Below are positions 29,380-39,407 of a stretch of DNA of 64,000 nucleotides, one piece after another (the stretch's first letter is position 1; the number at the start of each line of letters is the position of its first letter). The translations under genes were made by a program, and so were the position numbers. The notes beneath the pieces were generated by a model that was not told the DNA's origin, ran no database searches, and saw nothing but the letters and a program-made list of their open reading frames with translations. This DNA is from Candidatus Helarchaeota archaeon (GTDB lineage: Archaea; Asgardarchaeota; Lokiarchaeia; Helarchaeales; RDOG01): assembly GCA_019058315.1 (NCBI GenBank), contig JAHPZH010000003.1:137669-201668 (forward strand), given 5' to 3'.

Positions 29380-29405
29380 TTTTTTCCCTTTCTTATTTAA
29401 TAAGA

Positions 29406-30650
29406 TTATATTTTTTCCAAAATATGGACACACATGGCAGCTTCGCCAAATCCTATAGTTCCACCACCATTTTCAGCTAAAGCAATTTTTGCTTTGACTT
29501 GTCTTTCGCCAGCCTCTCCTCGTAGCTGAGTTACTAATTCATAAATCTGTGCAAGACCTGAAGCACCTATTGGATGGCCACGAGAGAGTAATCCCCCACT
29601 CGTATTGATAGGAATCTTTCCATCTAGTGCAGTAGCTCCACTTTCTGCAAATGGACCCCCTTTTCCTATTGGACAGAATCCCATCTGTTCTGTCTGATGA
29701 ACTTCGCCAAAAGCAGTAGCGTCGTGAACTTCTGCCACATCTATATCTTTTGGTTCAAGACCAGCCATTTCATAAGCAGATTTAGCAGCCCTCTTGGCAA
29801 TATCATCTGATCTCCATGAACCAGATTTTAAAACTGAAGCACGTATTAAAACTGCTCTAGGGTTAGGATTTGCTTTGAGAAACTTTTCAGAGCATAGAAT
29901 TGCAGCTGCAGCACCATCTCCGATTGGGGCACACATGGACCTTGTCAGGGGATAAGCAACTTCATAATCATCCAAAACTTGCTCCACAGTCATAGGAAAG
30001 GTATATTGTGCAAGAGGGTTAAGAACTGAATTATTGTGATTCTTGGCAGCAATGACAGCCAATTGGCGTTGCGTGGTTCCATATGCCTTCATATGATTAC
30101 GGGCAGCCATAGCATATATATCCATAAAAGCGGAATGACCTCCTTTTTTTTCTTTTTTTACTTCAGTCCCTTCCGCTTTAGCTTTCTTTTCTTTTTGCTT
30201 TTGTGCGTATTTTTTCAATTGCTCGATCATTTTAGTAGTAGCTTCCACATCTGTATACACCATAAAGCTTTTCATCGTTTTCGCACGGTCCTCGTTATAG
30301 AGTTTTTCAACACCTATAGCCAGCACGCAGTCGTAAAGACCTGCTTTTATTGCAGTCCACGCCCCATGAAAGGCAGTACTCCCGCTAGCACAAGCATTCT
30401 CCACATTTATAATTGGAATTTGGTCGATACGATTAGCACTGAGCGCTACTTCTCCGCGAATGCAGTGCTGATTGGAAAATATTCCCCAAGCACAATTAGA
30501 ATACCATGCAGCTTCGATATTACTTAAATCTAAGTTGCAATCTTTTTGGGTAAGATCAAGGGCTTCGCCTGTTAAATCCTTAATACTTTTTTTGAGATAT
30601 TTCCCGAATTTAATCATACCAGTACCAATTACATAAATTTTATTGCTCAT
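29406..30650 (-). CDS. Thiolase, SCP2/SCP-x type (copy 1)
   Basis: Same motifs; close paralog of the downstream gene. Confidence 0.93.
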   Translation of the reverse strand: MSNKIYVIGTGMIKFGKYLKKSIKDLTGEALDLTQKDCNLDLSNIEAAWYSNCAWGIFSNQHCIRGEVALSANRIDQIPIINVENACASGSTAFHGAWTAIKAGLYDCVLAIGVEKLYNEDRAKTMKSFMVYTDVEATTKMIEQLKKYAQKQKEKKAKAEGTEVKKEKKGGHSAFMDIYAMAARNHMKAYGTTQRQLAVIAAKNHNNSVLNPLAQYTFPMTVEQVLDDYEVAYPLTRSMCAPIGDGAAAAILCSEKFLKANPNPRAVLIRASVLKSGSWRSDDIAKRAAKSAYEMAGLEPKDIDVAEVHDATAFGEVHQTEQMGFCPIGKGGPFAESGATALDGKIPINTSGGLLSRGHPIGASGLAQIYELVTQLRGEAGERQVKAKIALAENGGGTIGFGEAAMCVHILEKI

Positions 30651-30712
30651 ATTTTTCAACTAGACAAACTTTTTTCTATATTTAGGATAAGATAATTTTT
30701 TTTTATTTTTTA

Positions 30713-32383
30713 TTAATCCCGTTTTAATTTATAACCAGCTTTTTCACGGTCGTAAGTATTTTCTGTTGCACCACGCTTTTTTAGTATTCTTTTTAGAATT
30801 CTGTGTACATCACTTTTTGGAAGTTGATCCATGAATTCTATATATCTAGGAATCATAAAATAAGCCATTTTATCTTGACAAAAATCTAGAAGTTCTTCTG
30901 GGGTCATTGTTTTACCAGGTTTTAAAACCACTGCGACCATTACTTCATCCTCCCCTAATTCAGATTTAACTCCAAAAGCTGCTGATTCTAAAATTTTCTC
31001 ATTTTGATTGATTATATTTTCAATACTATATGCAGCTATATTTTCACCCCGTCTTCGAATTGCATCTCTCTTTCTATCTACATAATAAAAATAACCATCT
31101 TCGTCATAATAGGATAAGTCTCCAGTGGTGAACCAATTTTTTCCATCTTTATCTTGTCTAATAAGTTTTTTAGAAGCTTCTACATTTTTATAATACTTAA
31201 CTTCTCTTTGTTTTGCTTCTCTATCTCTCCATTCAAAAACAAGCTCACCAACTTCATTAGGACCTAACAGATTTCCATCATCATCTAATATTGCTGCATT
31301 CCCTCCTAGACATTTTCCCATTGACCCTACACGTGGTTTCACAACTCCGAAATTAGCAAGAGCAAATCCACCTCCATCGGTTGCAGCGTAGAATTCCCTT
31401 ATTGTAATGTTATATCTATTTATGAATGCTTCCCACACCTCTTTAGGACATGCGGCACTTAAAACAATTTTAACATTATGTTCTTTATCGTTAGGTCTTT
31501 CTGGTTGTTTCATTAAAATAGGAATCATTGCCCCAAGCGTATTAAATTCAGTAACATTATATTTTCGACATATGGCGAAATGTCTGCTAGCACTAAATCT
31601 TTTAGCAAAAATTAACGGCACTTCATTAAGGTATGCTGTGAAAGTTGAAATGAATAGCGCATTAGCATGAGCTAAGGGTAGGGCAGTATAGATAACATCG
31701 TTCCCTTGAAGAATCATTGCTGCAAAAACTGCCTTCATTGTCGATATATTATTACCCCCAACCAATTTTCCTTGATAAAAAGTTACAGCTTTTGGCAAAC
31801 CTGTAGTACCTGCCGTATACATAAGTATTACCATATCTTCCAAGCTAATTTCAGTCTCAATATCGTCATCTGGCGCTTCCATTACTTCTTGAAGAGATAT
31901 TGTTCCTTCAGGCAATTTAAAATCGCTTGGAGCCTCTCTTAGATTGACAATAACATGTTTCATGTTTTTGACTTGATCTTTAATTTTCATAAAAGTCTCT
32001 AAATAAGCATGATTGATAATGATAGCTTTAGCATCAGAATGATTTAAAATGTAAGTTAATCCCTCTCCTTTTAGACTTGTATTAACTAATGGTGTAAAAG
32101 TTCCTAGTTTAAAGGTAGCAAAAACGGTAAACAAGAATTCTGGAGAATTTGGCTCCATTAATGCAATCCCATCTCCCTTTTTAAGACCTAAATTTAATAA
32201 TCCATTTCCTAAACGATTAGAAAATAAATGCATATCCTTATAAGAGTAAGTTTCATCCAGCCTTTTATCAAAATCAACAATAAAAGTTAACCATTTTTTA
32301 TCTCCTAAAGTCTCCGCCTTATTTTTTATTACTTCTCTAAATAAAGTCTTACTGCCCAATCTAAATTTTTTCTTTTTTGACAT
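30713..32383 (-). CDS. Acyl-CoA synthetase (CaiC-like AMP-binding enzyme)
   Basis: YTAGTTGLPK, FSASR, TGD, VDRKRDAIRRRGENI. Confidence 0.92.
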   Translation of the reverse strand: MSKKKKFRLGSKTLFREVIKNKAETLGDKKWLTFIVDFDKRLDETYSYKDMHLFSNRLGNGLLNLGLKKGDGIALMEPNSPEFLFTVFATFKLGTFTPLVNTSLKGEGLTYILNHSDAKAIIINHAYLETFMKIKDQVKNMKHVIVNLREAPSDFKLPEGTISLQEVMEAPDDDIETEISLEDMVILMYTAGTTGLPKAVTFYQGKLVGGNNISTMKAVFAAMILQGNDVIYTALPLAHANALFISTFTAYLNEVPLIFAKRFSASRHFAICRKYNVTEFNTLGAMIPILMKQPERPNDKEHNVKIVLSAACPKEVWEAFINRYNITIREFYAATDGGGFALANFGVVKPRVGSMGKCLGGNAAILDDDGNLLGPNEVGELVFEWRDREAKQREVKYYKNVEASKKLIRQDKDGKNWFTTGDLSYYDEDGYFYYVDRKRDAIRRRGENIAAYSIENIINQNEKILESAAFGVKSELGEDEVMVAVVLKPGKTMTPEELLDFCQDKMAYFMIPRYIEFMDQLPKSDVHRILKRILKKRGATENTYDREKAGYKLKRD

Positions 32384-32446
32384 TTTTTATTATCTCCTTT
32401 TTAAATTTAAAAAAAAATTGATGAAATATTTTTTAATTCAATTGTA

Positions 32447-33529
32447 TTATTTTTGTATTTCAGGTTCTTCCTTTCCTTCTCGGAACCAAGTTACGGGTCT
32501 GTATTCACGTGATACAATTCCTTTTTGCTTGAATTTTGGGTACCCAATACACAATGCACTGGCGATCTCCCAACTCTTTTTAATACCGAGTTTTCTCCTT
32601 AGAGGTGTTTGATTTAGCAACACACCTACAAACCCATTCCAACAAGCTCCAAGTCCTAAAGAATATGCCACTAAAGTCATATTCTGACCACATATACCCA
32701 TATTCATCTCTAATGATCCAATAGATCTTGTATCTCCAACTAATAGTATTATTACAGGAGCAAGTAGAGATACAGGTGAAAAAGGATATCCTGAGCTTTT
32801 TATTTCTTTATTTGCTAACCAATCATCCCATAGTGTCGATTGAGGGTCTAATTTGTTTTTAGCTATAGATCCCATTCCACCGAGAACAATACGTGGATCG
32901 GCATTACCAGGCATACCTTCGATTACTGGTGCTAATGTATTTACTATTTCATCATTTATGTAAGTATTATAAAAGAAATCAATAACCTTTGTAACTTCAT
33001 CATTCATCTCTTTGATAAGAGCTTTATTGGTGACTACAATAAATTTCCAAGGTTGACAATTTCCACCACTTGGAGCAAATCTACCAGCTTCTAAGATCCT
33101 TTGTATTAAAGTTTCTGGTACAGGTTTATCTAATTTGAAATTTCTCACACTTCGGCGATTAAAAACAGTTTTTTCAATCGTATTCCATTCTGTTGGATTC
33201 CCATCCTCATCCTTAGCCTCAAGAGGCTCTTTATAAGGTAGAGGATTAGGTAGGGTTTTGAAATACCCTTCGTCCACATGATATGTATCAACTATTTGAA
33301 CTGCTTTATTTGGACAAGCCACTAAGCAGTTCATGCAGCTAAAACACTCATGTATCTTCTTAACCACAGGGAAGCCGTTTGGACCTATTTCCCAGGCTCT
33401 GAAAGGACAGTTCTCCATAGCAAAGCAAACTTCGCATTTTTTGCACTTACTTTCATCGACTTTCATTTGTCCCATATGAACTTGTTCCATATCCGGACGT
33501 AAAATTTTTTGTAATTTTTTAGAAACCAT
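32447..33529 (-). CDS. Ferredoxin-nitroreductase fusion protein
   Basis: Two Cys clusters; RRSVRNF, APSGGNCQPW, LGLGACW. Confidence 0.9.
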   Translation of the reverse strand: MVSKKLQKILRPDMEQVHMGQMKVDESKCKKCEVCFAMENCPFRAWEIGPNGFPVVKKIHECFSCMNCLVACPNKAVQIVDTYHVDEGYFKTLPNPLPYKEPLEAKDEDGNPTEWNTIEKTVFNRRSVRNFKLDKPVPETLIQRILEAGRFAPSGGNCQPWKFIVVTNKALIKEMNDEVTKVIDFFYNTYINDEIVNTLAPVIEGMPGNADPRIVLGGMGSIAKNKLDPQSTLWDDWLANKEIKSSGYPFSPVSLLAPVIILLVGDTRSIGSLEMNMGICGQNMTLVAYSLGLGACWNGFVGVLLNQTPLRRKLGIKKSWEIASALCIGYPKFKQKGIVSREYRPVTWFREGKEEPEIQK

Positions 33530-33661
33530 AATTCATTCCTTTCCTTTTATAAATTATTAAAAATCCTTTATAATTATCATAATTTAGTTTGATTTTATTA
33601 AAATTTTTCATGATAATTGAGTTCAATAAAAGAACGTCTTGATGGTATTTGAGAATAGATT

Positions 33662-34243
33662 TTATTTGTTTTTTAAATAGAGATTGCCATATTGGTTAAG
33701 GTGTGTTACCTTTTTTAATTTATATCTATGGGTTGGGCTAGGATGCTCTGCTGGTCTTCCTATTGGAATTAAAGCTATAGGACGAATCCCATCTGGAGTT
33801 TTTAGAATTTCTGCAACCATTTTATCATCGAATGCACCTACCCATACTGCACCATAACCATTTGCATGAATTGTTAGTAAGAGATTTTGTATTGCAGCAG
33901 CACTATCTTGATAACAATATAGATTAACACCACGACTTCTATAAGTTTTTGAAGCACGTATTTGATTTGCACAAACTGCGATTACAACAGGAGCTTTTCT
34001 AACTGATGGCTGTCTTAAAGCTGCATTAGAAAGTTGTTCTTTTATATCTTTATCTCTTATTACAATGAATTCCCAATCTTGTACATCTCCAGCACTTGGA
34101 GCCCATCTAGCGGCTTCTAAAAATTTGAGAACTAGATCTTCAGGAACATCTTCATCGGTAAATTTACGGATACTTCTTCTTTCTTTTATTATTTTCATTA
34201 ATATTTCAGCTGAATCTTCTATCAATTTTTCAGTAGATTCCAT
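33662..34243 (-). CDS. Nitroreductase family protein
   Basis: RRSIRKF, WAPSAG..QDW, WVGAFD. Confidence 0.92.
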   Translation of the reverse strand: MESTEKLIEDSAEILMKIIKERRSIRKFTDEDVPEDLVLKFLEAARWAPSAGDVQDWEFIVIRDKDIKEQLSNAALRQPSVRKAPVVIAVCANQIRASKTYRSRGVNLYCYQDSAAAIQNLLLTIHANGYGAVWVGAFDDKMVAEILKTPDGIRPIALIPIGRPAEHPSPTHRYKLKKVTHLNQYGNLYLKNK

Positions 34244-34400
34244 AATAATACCTCATAATTCTATTTATTACAGTTATTAAAACTTTAGAAAGTTCCAATT
34301 TAATCCTTAAAATAATGAATAATTTCGATCAAATTAGTAAAAATATAATTTTTCATAAAAGATACTTATTAAAAAATCAAAGAAATTTGGGATATAAAAA

Positions 34401-34880
34401 ATGTTAGGCAATACTCTTTATAACAAAAAATTGATAGAAGAATTTCTTAAAGATGTTTTAGAACAGCCAAGTATACGAGAAAAATTTGAGTTCGATTATA
34501 AGGCTGGACATACATCCTTTCACGCCCGAGTCTACTTAAAAATAACTTACAACGAATTAATCTATAAATTTTTTCCGAGGGGAACGCCAATGAATCCCAT
34601 TGAAGAAGAAAAACGAGTACAAATTCAAAAAAGATCATTAACAAAAGAAGAAGCTATAAACTTCATTAAAGGACTTATTAAGAATTCGGTTTGGGATTTA
34701 TTAAATTGTATGGATATTGTTGAACCAGATACAGCTTTATTGACTTTTACTATTAAAAAGGGAGAAAATATTATTTTTAAAACACAAATTTGGGAAGAAT
34801 GTCGTCATCGGGTTGAAAATATTAAATCTATCTTAGATTTATTACTAGAAATATCCCCAAAAGAACCTATGCCCCCTTAA
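34401..34880 (+). CDS. Hypothetical protein
   Basis: 159-aa ORF filling the gap with protein-like composition; no motif recognised. Confidence 0.6.
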   Translation: MLGNTLYNKKLIEEFLKDVLEQPSIREKFEFDYKAGHTSFHARVYLKITYNELIYKFFPRGTPMNPIEEEKRVQIQKRSLTKEEAINFIKGLIKNSVWDLLNCMDIVEPDTALLTFTIKKGENIIFKTQIWEECRHRVENIKSILDLLLEISPKEPMPP

Positions 34881-34930
34881 TTTAGTGATATATACATTTT
34901 AAAATTGAAATATAAGAAACTATTATAGAT

Positions 34931-35416
34931 TTATTTCAGTTTTAATTCCAGTTCTATATGGTCAGGCTTAATAAAGCCGGCTTTTTTATAAATATTCATT
35001 CCATCTTCAGAAGGATGAAGGTTTAATAAGTTAATACCTAATAACTTAGCTTCTTTAATCAATTTTTTTAATAATTGGGTACTTATACCATTTCTTCTTG
35101 CTTCAGGGATTGTATACATATTAAGAATATATCCACGTTTTCCAGATTTAATATTATAATTGGCTGGAATTTGCCATACGACCATACCACTGATACCAAG
35201 TATCTTTCCATTGTATTCTGCTAACCAAGAAATAAAACTATTTAAAGGAATTTCTTTTGAGAAATATTGTTGTAACTCCATCTTTAGAATTTCAGTTTCC
35301 TCATCGTCTGAATGATTGAAAAATTCATTTAGAAATCGAACTCTATATTCAATTAAGATTTCAATATCATCAATCGTTGCACGACTATATTTGATTTTAT
35401 TTATCTCAATCTCCAT
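34931..35416 (-). CDS. GNAT acetyltransferase
   Basis: YILNMYTIPEARRNGI, IYKKAGF. Confidence 0.9.
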   Translation of the reverse strand: MEIEINKIKYSRATIDDIEILIEYRVRFLNEFFNHSDDEETEILKMELQQYFSKEIPLNSFISWLAEYNGKILGISGMVVWQIPANYNIKSGKRGYILNMYTIPEARRNGISTQLLKKLIKEAKLLGINLLNLHPSEDGMNIYKKAGFIKPDHIELELKLK

Positions 35417-35430
35417 TTTATCTCATAAAT

Positions 35431-36483
35431 TTATTTTAAATAATCAGTAAGAGATTTTGTTTTTTTACCTTTTATTTTTGACTGATCCATTAATTGATTT
35501 ATAATAGCATCTAAATTAGGATTTTGAATATTTAATGATTGTAAAGTCCTTTGGATCGTTTTTAATTTTTTTATATTTCCAAATTTCTTAATATCTAGTT
35601 GTTTATTAATTAATTTTTCATAAAAATTGATATTTATCAAAAAGTCATTTAAAATTTTAACCGATTTTTCCAAATCAGGGATTAGAACTTGATCTTGTGG
35701 AGTAAAATTGCTGTTTAATATTCTATCTTTTATTACATCAAGCTTTGGATATTTTTCATATCCAAATCCAGGAATACCAAGATAATGTGCAGCAGCTAAT
35801 GTACTACATGTTCCAGCAAACGGATCCAAGACATTATTAGCGTTTACTAATTTTATGCATCTAAATGGAATTTCAATAGGAAATGGAGCTTCATGCCCTT
35901 TTTTTATAGTTTTGCCAGTTGTTTTTGCATAATTTATCAACCAAACATTCCCTGCATCCCGTAAATCGTCTTCTGAATATCGACCAATGTTTGATTTATC
36001 TGCATATTTGATACCGATTGATTTTACATCAAGTTCATACTTTTCTCCTTTAGAAAATAGAAAAATATACTCCCAAATATTATTTAATCTCTTATTTCCC
36101 CCGCTTGGAGTATAATGACCTTTTCCTAGAATACTTTTTACCCATATAATTGATTGTATTCGGTTAAACCCAATATTTTCTGCTAATTTTGCAACATTTT
36201 CACTTTTTCCTTGATCATTTGCCGAATCACCTATGTTTAAAAAAAATACGGAATTATTTTTTAACACTCGATAACATTCAGAAAAAACTTTTTTTAGAAG
36301 CTCAAAATATTCAGATTCGGGCAATTTGTCATTATAATCGTCATCATAGTTTTTTCCTCGATTATAAGGTGGGCTAGTGACTATTGTATCTATTGATTTA
36401 TCAGTAATCTCAGTCATTAATTCTGAAGATTTAAAATAAATAATTTGATTAGCAATTTTAAGTTTATTAGATTTATTATCCAT
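35431..36483 (-). CDS. Orphan N4-C/N6-A DNA methyltransferase, beta class
   Basis: Motif IV VTSPPY precedes motif I VLDPFAGT; GNVW, HEAPFP. Confidence 0.9.
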   Translation of the reverse strand: MDNKSNKLKIANQIIYFKSSELMTEITDKSIDTIVTSPPYNRGKNYDDDYNDKLPESEYFELLKKVFSECYRVLKNNSVFFLNIGDSANDQGKSENVAKLAENIGFNRIQSIIWVKSILGKGHYTPSGGNKRLNNIWEYIFLFSKGEKYELDVKSIGIKYADKSNIGRYSEDDLRDAGNVWLINYAKTTGKTIKKGHEAPFPIEIPFRCIKLVNANNVLDPFAGTCSTLAAAHYLGIPGFGYEKYPKLDVIKDRILNSNFTPQDQVLIPDLEKSVKILNDFLININFYEKLINKQLDIKKFGNIKKLKTIQRTLQSLNIQNPNLDAIINQLMDQSKIKGKKTKSLTDYLK

Positions 36484-36581
36484 TTCTATTAATTTCCATT
36501 TTTAATTAGATAAATCTTGAAGTTATTTTTATATATAAATTTATGATAATTAATCAAATTAATTATTAAAAGAGTATTGGG

Positions 36582-37157
36582 ATGAATAACTTGACAGAAG
36601 GAATCCAAATTGCAAGTGAAGTATTTAAATGGATCAGTTTAGGCTTGGTTGCACTATGTATTCTTCTTTATCCATTAGCTATTGCTCGAATTGACGAAAT
36701 TTCTTTTCTATGTCTTACTTTGGCCGTTTTTGGTGCAGGAACAATTGCATTGGTAATGTTTTTATTGTTTTCACCTGTACTAGCATATGTTTCAATTGCT
36801 TTGCCAATAATCGCAGCGATATTATATGTCATATTTAATATAGTAGATAAAGAGGCATCGACTGCTGTAAAAACTTTAGACTGGATAGGAATGGCTATAA
36901 GTGGCGTAAGTGTGTTTTTTTCCTATTCCGGCTTTATAGCATGGGAAAATTTTCGGTGGACAGGATTTTTTATAGGAGTCATAGGAGATCGGGTTGCAAC
37001 AGTTCAGACGGCTGTATGGGCAGCGTTCTTGTTTATTTTCTACGGATTTTTCAAACCAAAAGTTGCAGTAATACTGACACAATTAATACTGGCAGGTGCA
37101 TGTCTTATAATGCTAATTGCTAGAATAATAGCATCAAGAGAGTTAAAATCGATTTAA
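36582..37157 (+). CDS. Multi-pass membrane protein
   Basis: About 6 TM segments. Confidence 0.7.
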   Translation: MNNLTEGIQIASEVFKWISLGLVALCILLYPLAIARIDEISFLCLTLAVFGAGTIALVMFLLFSPVLAYVSIALPIIAAILYVIFNIVDKEASTAVKTLDWIGMAISGVSVFFSYSGFIAWENFRWTGFFIGVIGDRVATVQTAVWAAFLFIFYGFFKPKVAVILTQLILAGACLIMLIARIIASRELKSI

Positions 37158-37182
37158 ATATATCTTAATTCTTTTTTTTCTT

Positions 37183-39147
37183 TTACTTCTGAAGTTTAGG
37201 AAGAATTTTTTCAAAGTAATCTAATGATTCTGGATTCATCAAAGCATCTCTATTTCTGACCGGTCTGCCATGAATAATGTTTGTAACTGAAATTTCCACT
37301 TTTTTCATGCTAAATGTATAAGGAATATCAGGTACTTTAATGATTAATGCTGGAACATGTCGAGGGGAAGCATTTTGGCGTAAAGTCTTTTTTATTTTAT
37401 TTTCTAAATCATTCGTTAAATCAAATCCTGGAGCAAGTTTAATAAAGAGGATAATCCGCTGATCTCCTTCCCAAATCTGGCCTATAGCTAAACTATCATC
37501 AATCTCTCTTAATTCTTCTACCACATTATATATTTCTGCTGTGCCAATACGTACTCCAGAAGGTTTTAAAATAGCATCAGAACGTCCAAAGAAAGTAATT
37601 CCTCCCGTTTCGCCATTTATTACTATGTAATCGCCATGTCTCCATACATTTTTATTGGGATAAAAACCAAAGTAAGCTTTATTATATTTTTCATTATCAG
37701 GATCATTCCAGAAATAAAGTGGCATAGATGGAGAAGGAGCTTCACATACAAGTTCTCCTTGTTGATCATTTATTGGATTACCTTTTTCATCATACGCCTT
37801 AACTTTCATTGCTAATGCTGGAGCTTGTAATTCACCAGCATACACAGGTAATATAGGACATCCGCAAGCAAAACAACCATTAATATCTGTACCACCCGAA
37901 ATGGAATTAAAATGTAAATCCTTTTTAATACTTTGATATATATATTCGAATCCCTCAGCGGATAAAGCTGAGCCGGTTTGTGAAATTTCTCTTAATGATG
38001 ATAAGTCAAAATTCTTTCCAGGTTCGATTCCTTGAGTTCTAAGATAATTTATATAAGTTGCACTACAACCAAAAATGGTTATTTTTTCATCTTGAATTAA
38101 TTTCCACATCGCATTTGGATCGGGATAGTTAGGATTACCATCAAATAATAGAATAGTTGCCCCTACCCCTAACGAGCTAATGAGCCAGTTCCACATCATC
38201 CAACTGCAACTAGTAATATACATTATTTTATCCGTTCGTTTTAAATCAGTATGTAAAATTAACTCTTTCAAATGATTGATAAGGACTCCTCCAGCACCTT
38301 GAACCATACATTTTGGCTTTCCAGTTGTTCCAGATGAAAACATTATATAAACTGGATGATTAAAAGGTAATGATTCAAATTTTATTTCTGGTTTTTTATC
38401 AGGAGCCAAAAAATCGTTATATAAAATTGATTTTGGGATAGAATTAATATTAGATTTGGAATCTAAATGTGAAATTACAACAACTTTTTCTAGCGATGGT
38501 ATTCCTTTGACAACTTTTTCCGCTTTAGATAAAATATTGAAAGTTTTTCCTTTATAGAAATATCCATCAGCAGTGATTAAAACTTTTGGATTTAGCTGAC
38601 CAAGACGATCTAATGCTGCTTGTGCTCCAAGATCTGCACCACAAGAAGCCCATGTAGCACCTGTACTGGTAGCTGCAAGCATAGTTATAGGAGTTTCTAC
38701 TAAATTAGGCATATATGCACATACTCGGTCTCCGGAACCGATACCCATCTCACGTAATGGTATAGCTAATCGTGCTACAGTATTATATAGTTCTGAATAA
38801 GTCGTCTTAACCGATTTATGGTTCTCATCTTTAAAAACAAATGCTATATTCCCATCTCTGTATCTCAAGAGGTTCTCTGCAAAATTGAGTTTAGCACCTT
38901 CAAACCATTTCGTCCCAGGGAACTCATTTAGATCATCAACTACCTTATTATATCCCTTTTGAGCAATAATTTCTCCAAATTCCCACATGCATGCCCAGAA
39001 ATCTGAAATATTTTCAATTGACCAATTATAAAGTTGTTTATAAGAATTAATAGAAAGATTATATTTCTTATTGATTAAGTCGATAAATTTAGTAATATTA
39101 GCATGTTTTCTGCGTTCTTCAGAAGGTTTCCAAAGTAATTTTGACAC
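37183..39147 (-). CDS. Acetoacetate--CoA ligase
   Basis: LNFAENLL, FSSGTTGKPKC, WMMWNWL, SISGGTD, WRHGD, GVRIGTAEIY, SPRHVP. Confidence 0.95.
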   Translation of the reverse strand: MSKLLWKPSEERRKHANITKFIDLINKKYNLSINSYKQLYNWSIENISDFWACMWEFGEIIAQKGYNKVVDDLNEFPGTKWFEGAKLNFAENLLRYRDGNIAFVFKDENHKSVKTTYSELYNTVARLAIPLREMGIGSGDRVCAYMPNLVETPITMLAATSTGATWASCGADLGAQAALDRLGQLNPKVLITADGYFYKGKTFNILSKAEKVVKGIPSLEKVVVISHLDSKSNINSIPKSILYNDFLAPDKKPEIKFESLPFNHPVYIMFSSGTTGKPKCMVQGAGGVLINHLKELILHTDLKRTDKIMYITSCSWMMWNWLISSLGVGATILLFDGNPNYPDPNAMWKLIQDEKITIFGCSATYINYLRTQGIEPGKNFDLSSLREISQTGSALSAEGFEYIYQSIKKDLHFNSISGGTDINGCFACGCPILPVYAGELQAPALAMKVKAYDEKGNPINDQQGELVCEAPSPSMPLYFWNDPDNEKYNKAYFGFYPNKNVWRHGDYIVINGETGGITFFGRSDAILKPSGVRIGTAEIYNVVEELREIDDSLAIGQIWEGDQRIILFIKLAPGFDLTNDLENKIKKTLRQNASPRHVPALIIKVPDIPYTFSMKKVEISVTNIIHGRPVRNRDALMNPESLDYFEKILPKLQK

Positions 39148-39407
39148 TTATATTCACTCCTCATATATTAGGAATTAAAATTAATTTGAATTTTTTCTTA
39201 AAATTTTTTAATCAAGTTATACAAAAAATTCGCCTCTATAGTAAATTCTGTAAAAATTTTATGGCTTCCTACCTATTTCATTATCTTTTTCGAATATTTT
39301 CATTTAATTAGCTTAGGAATTTATTTTAAAATATATTAAAATTCGAAAATAGAATTAACTAATGTTATTTTATGATCAAATTAAAAAAGAAAAAAGAAAG
39401 ATTTAGT

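Noticed and set aside
34401-36483. Restriction-modification system around the methyltransferase
   Set aside because: Neighbours are a GNAT, a membrane protein and a hypothetical protein with no recognisable PD-(D/E)xK or HNH motif.
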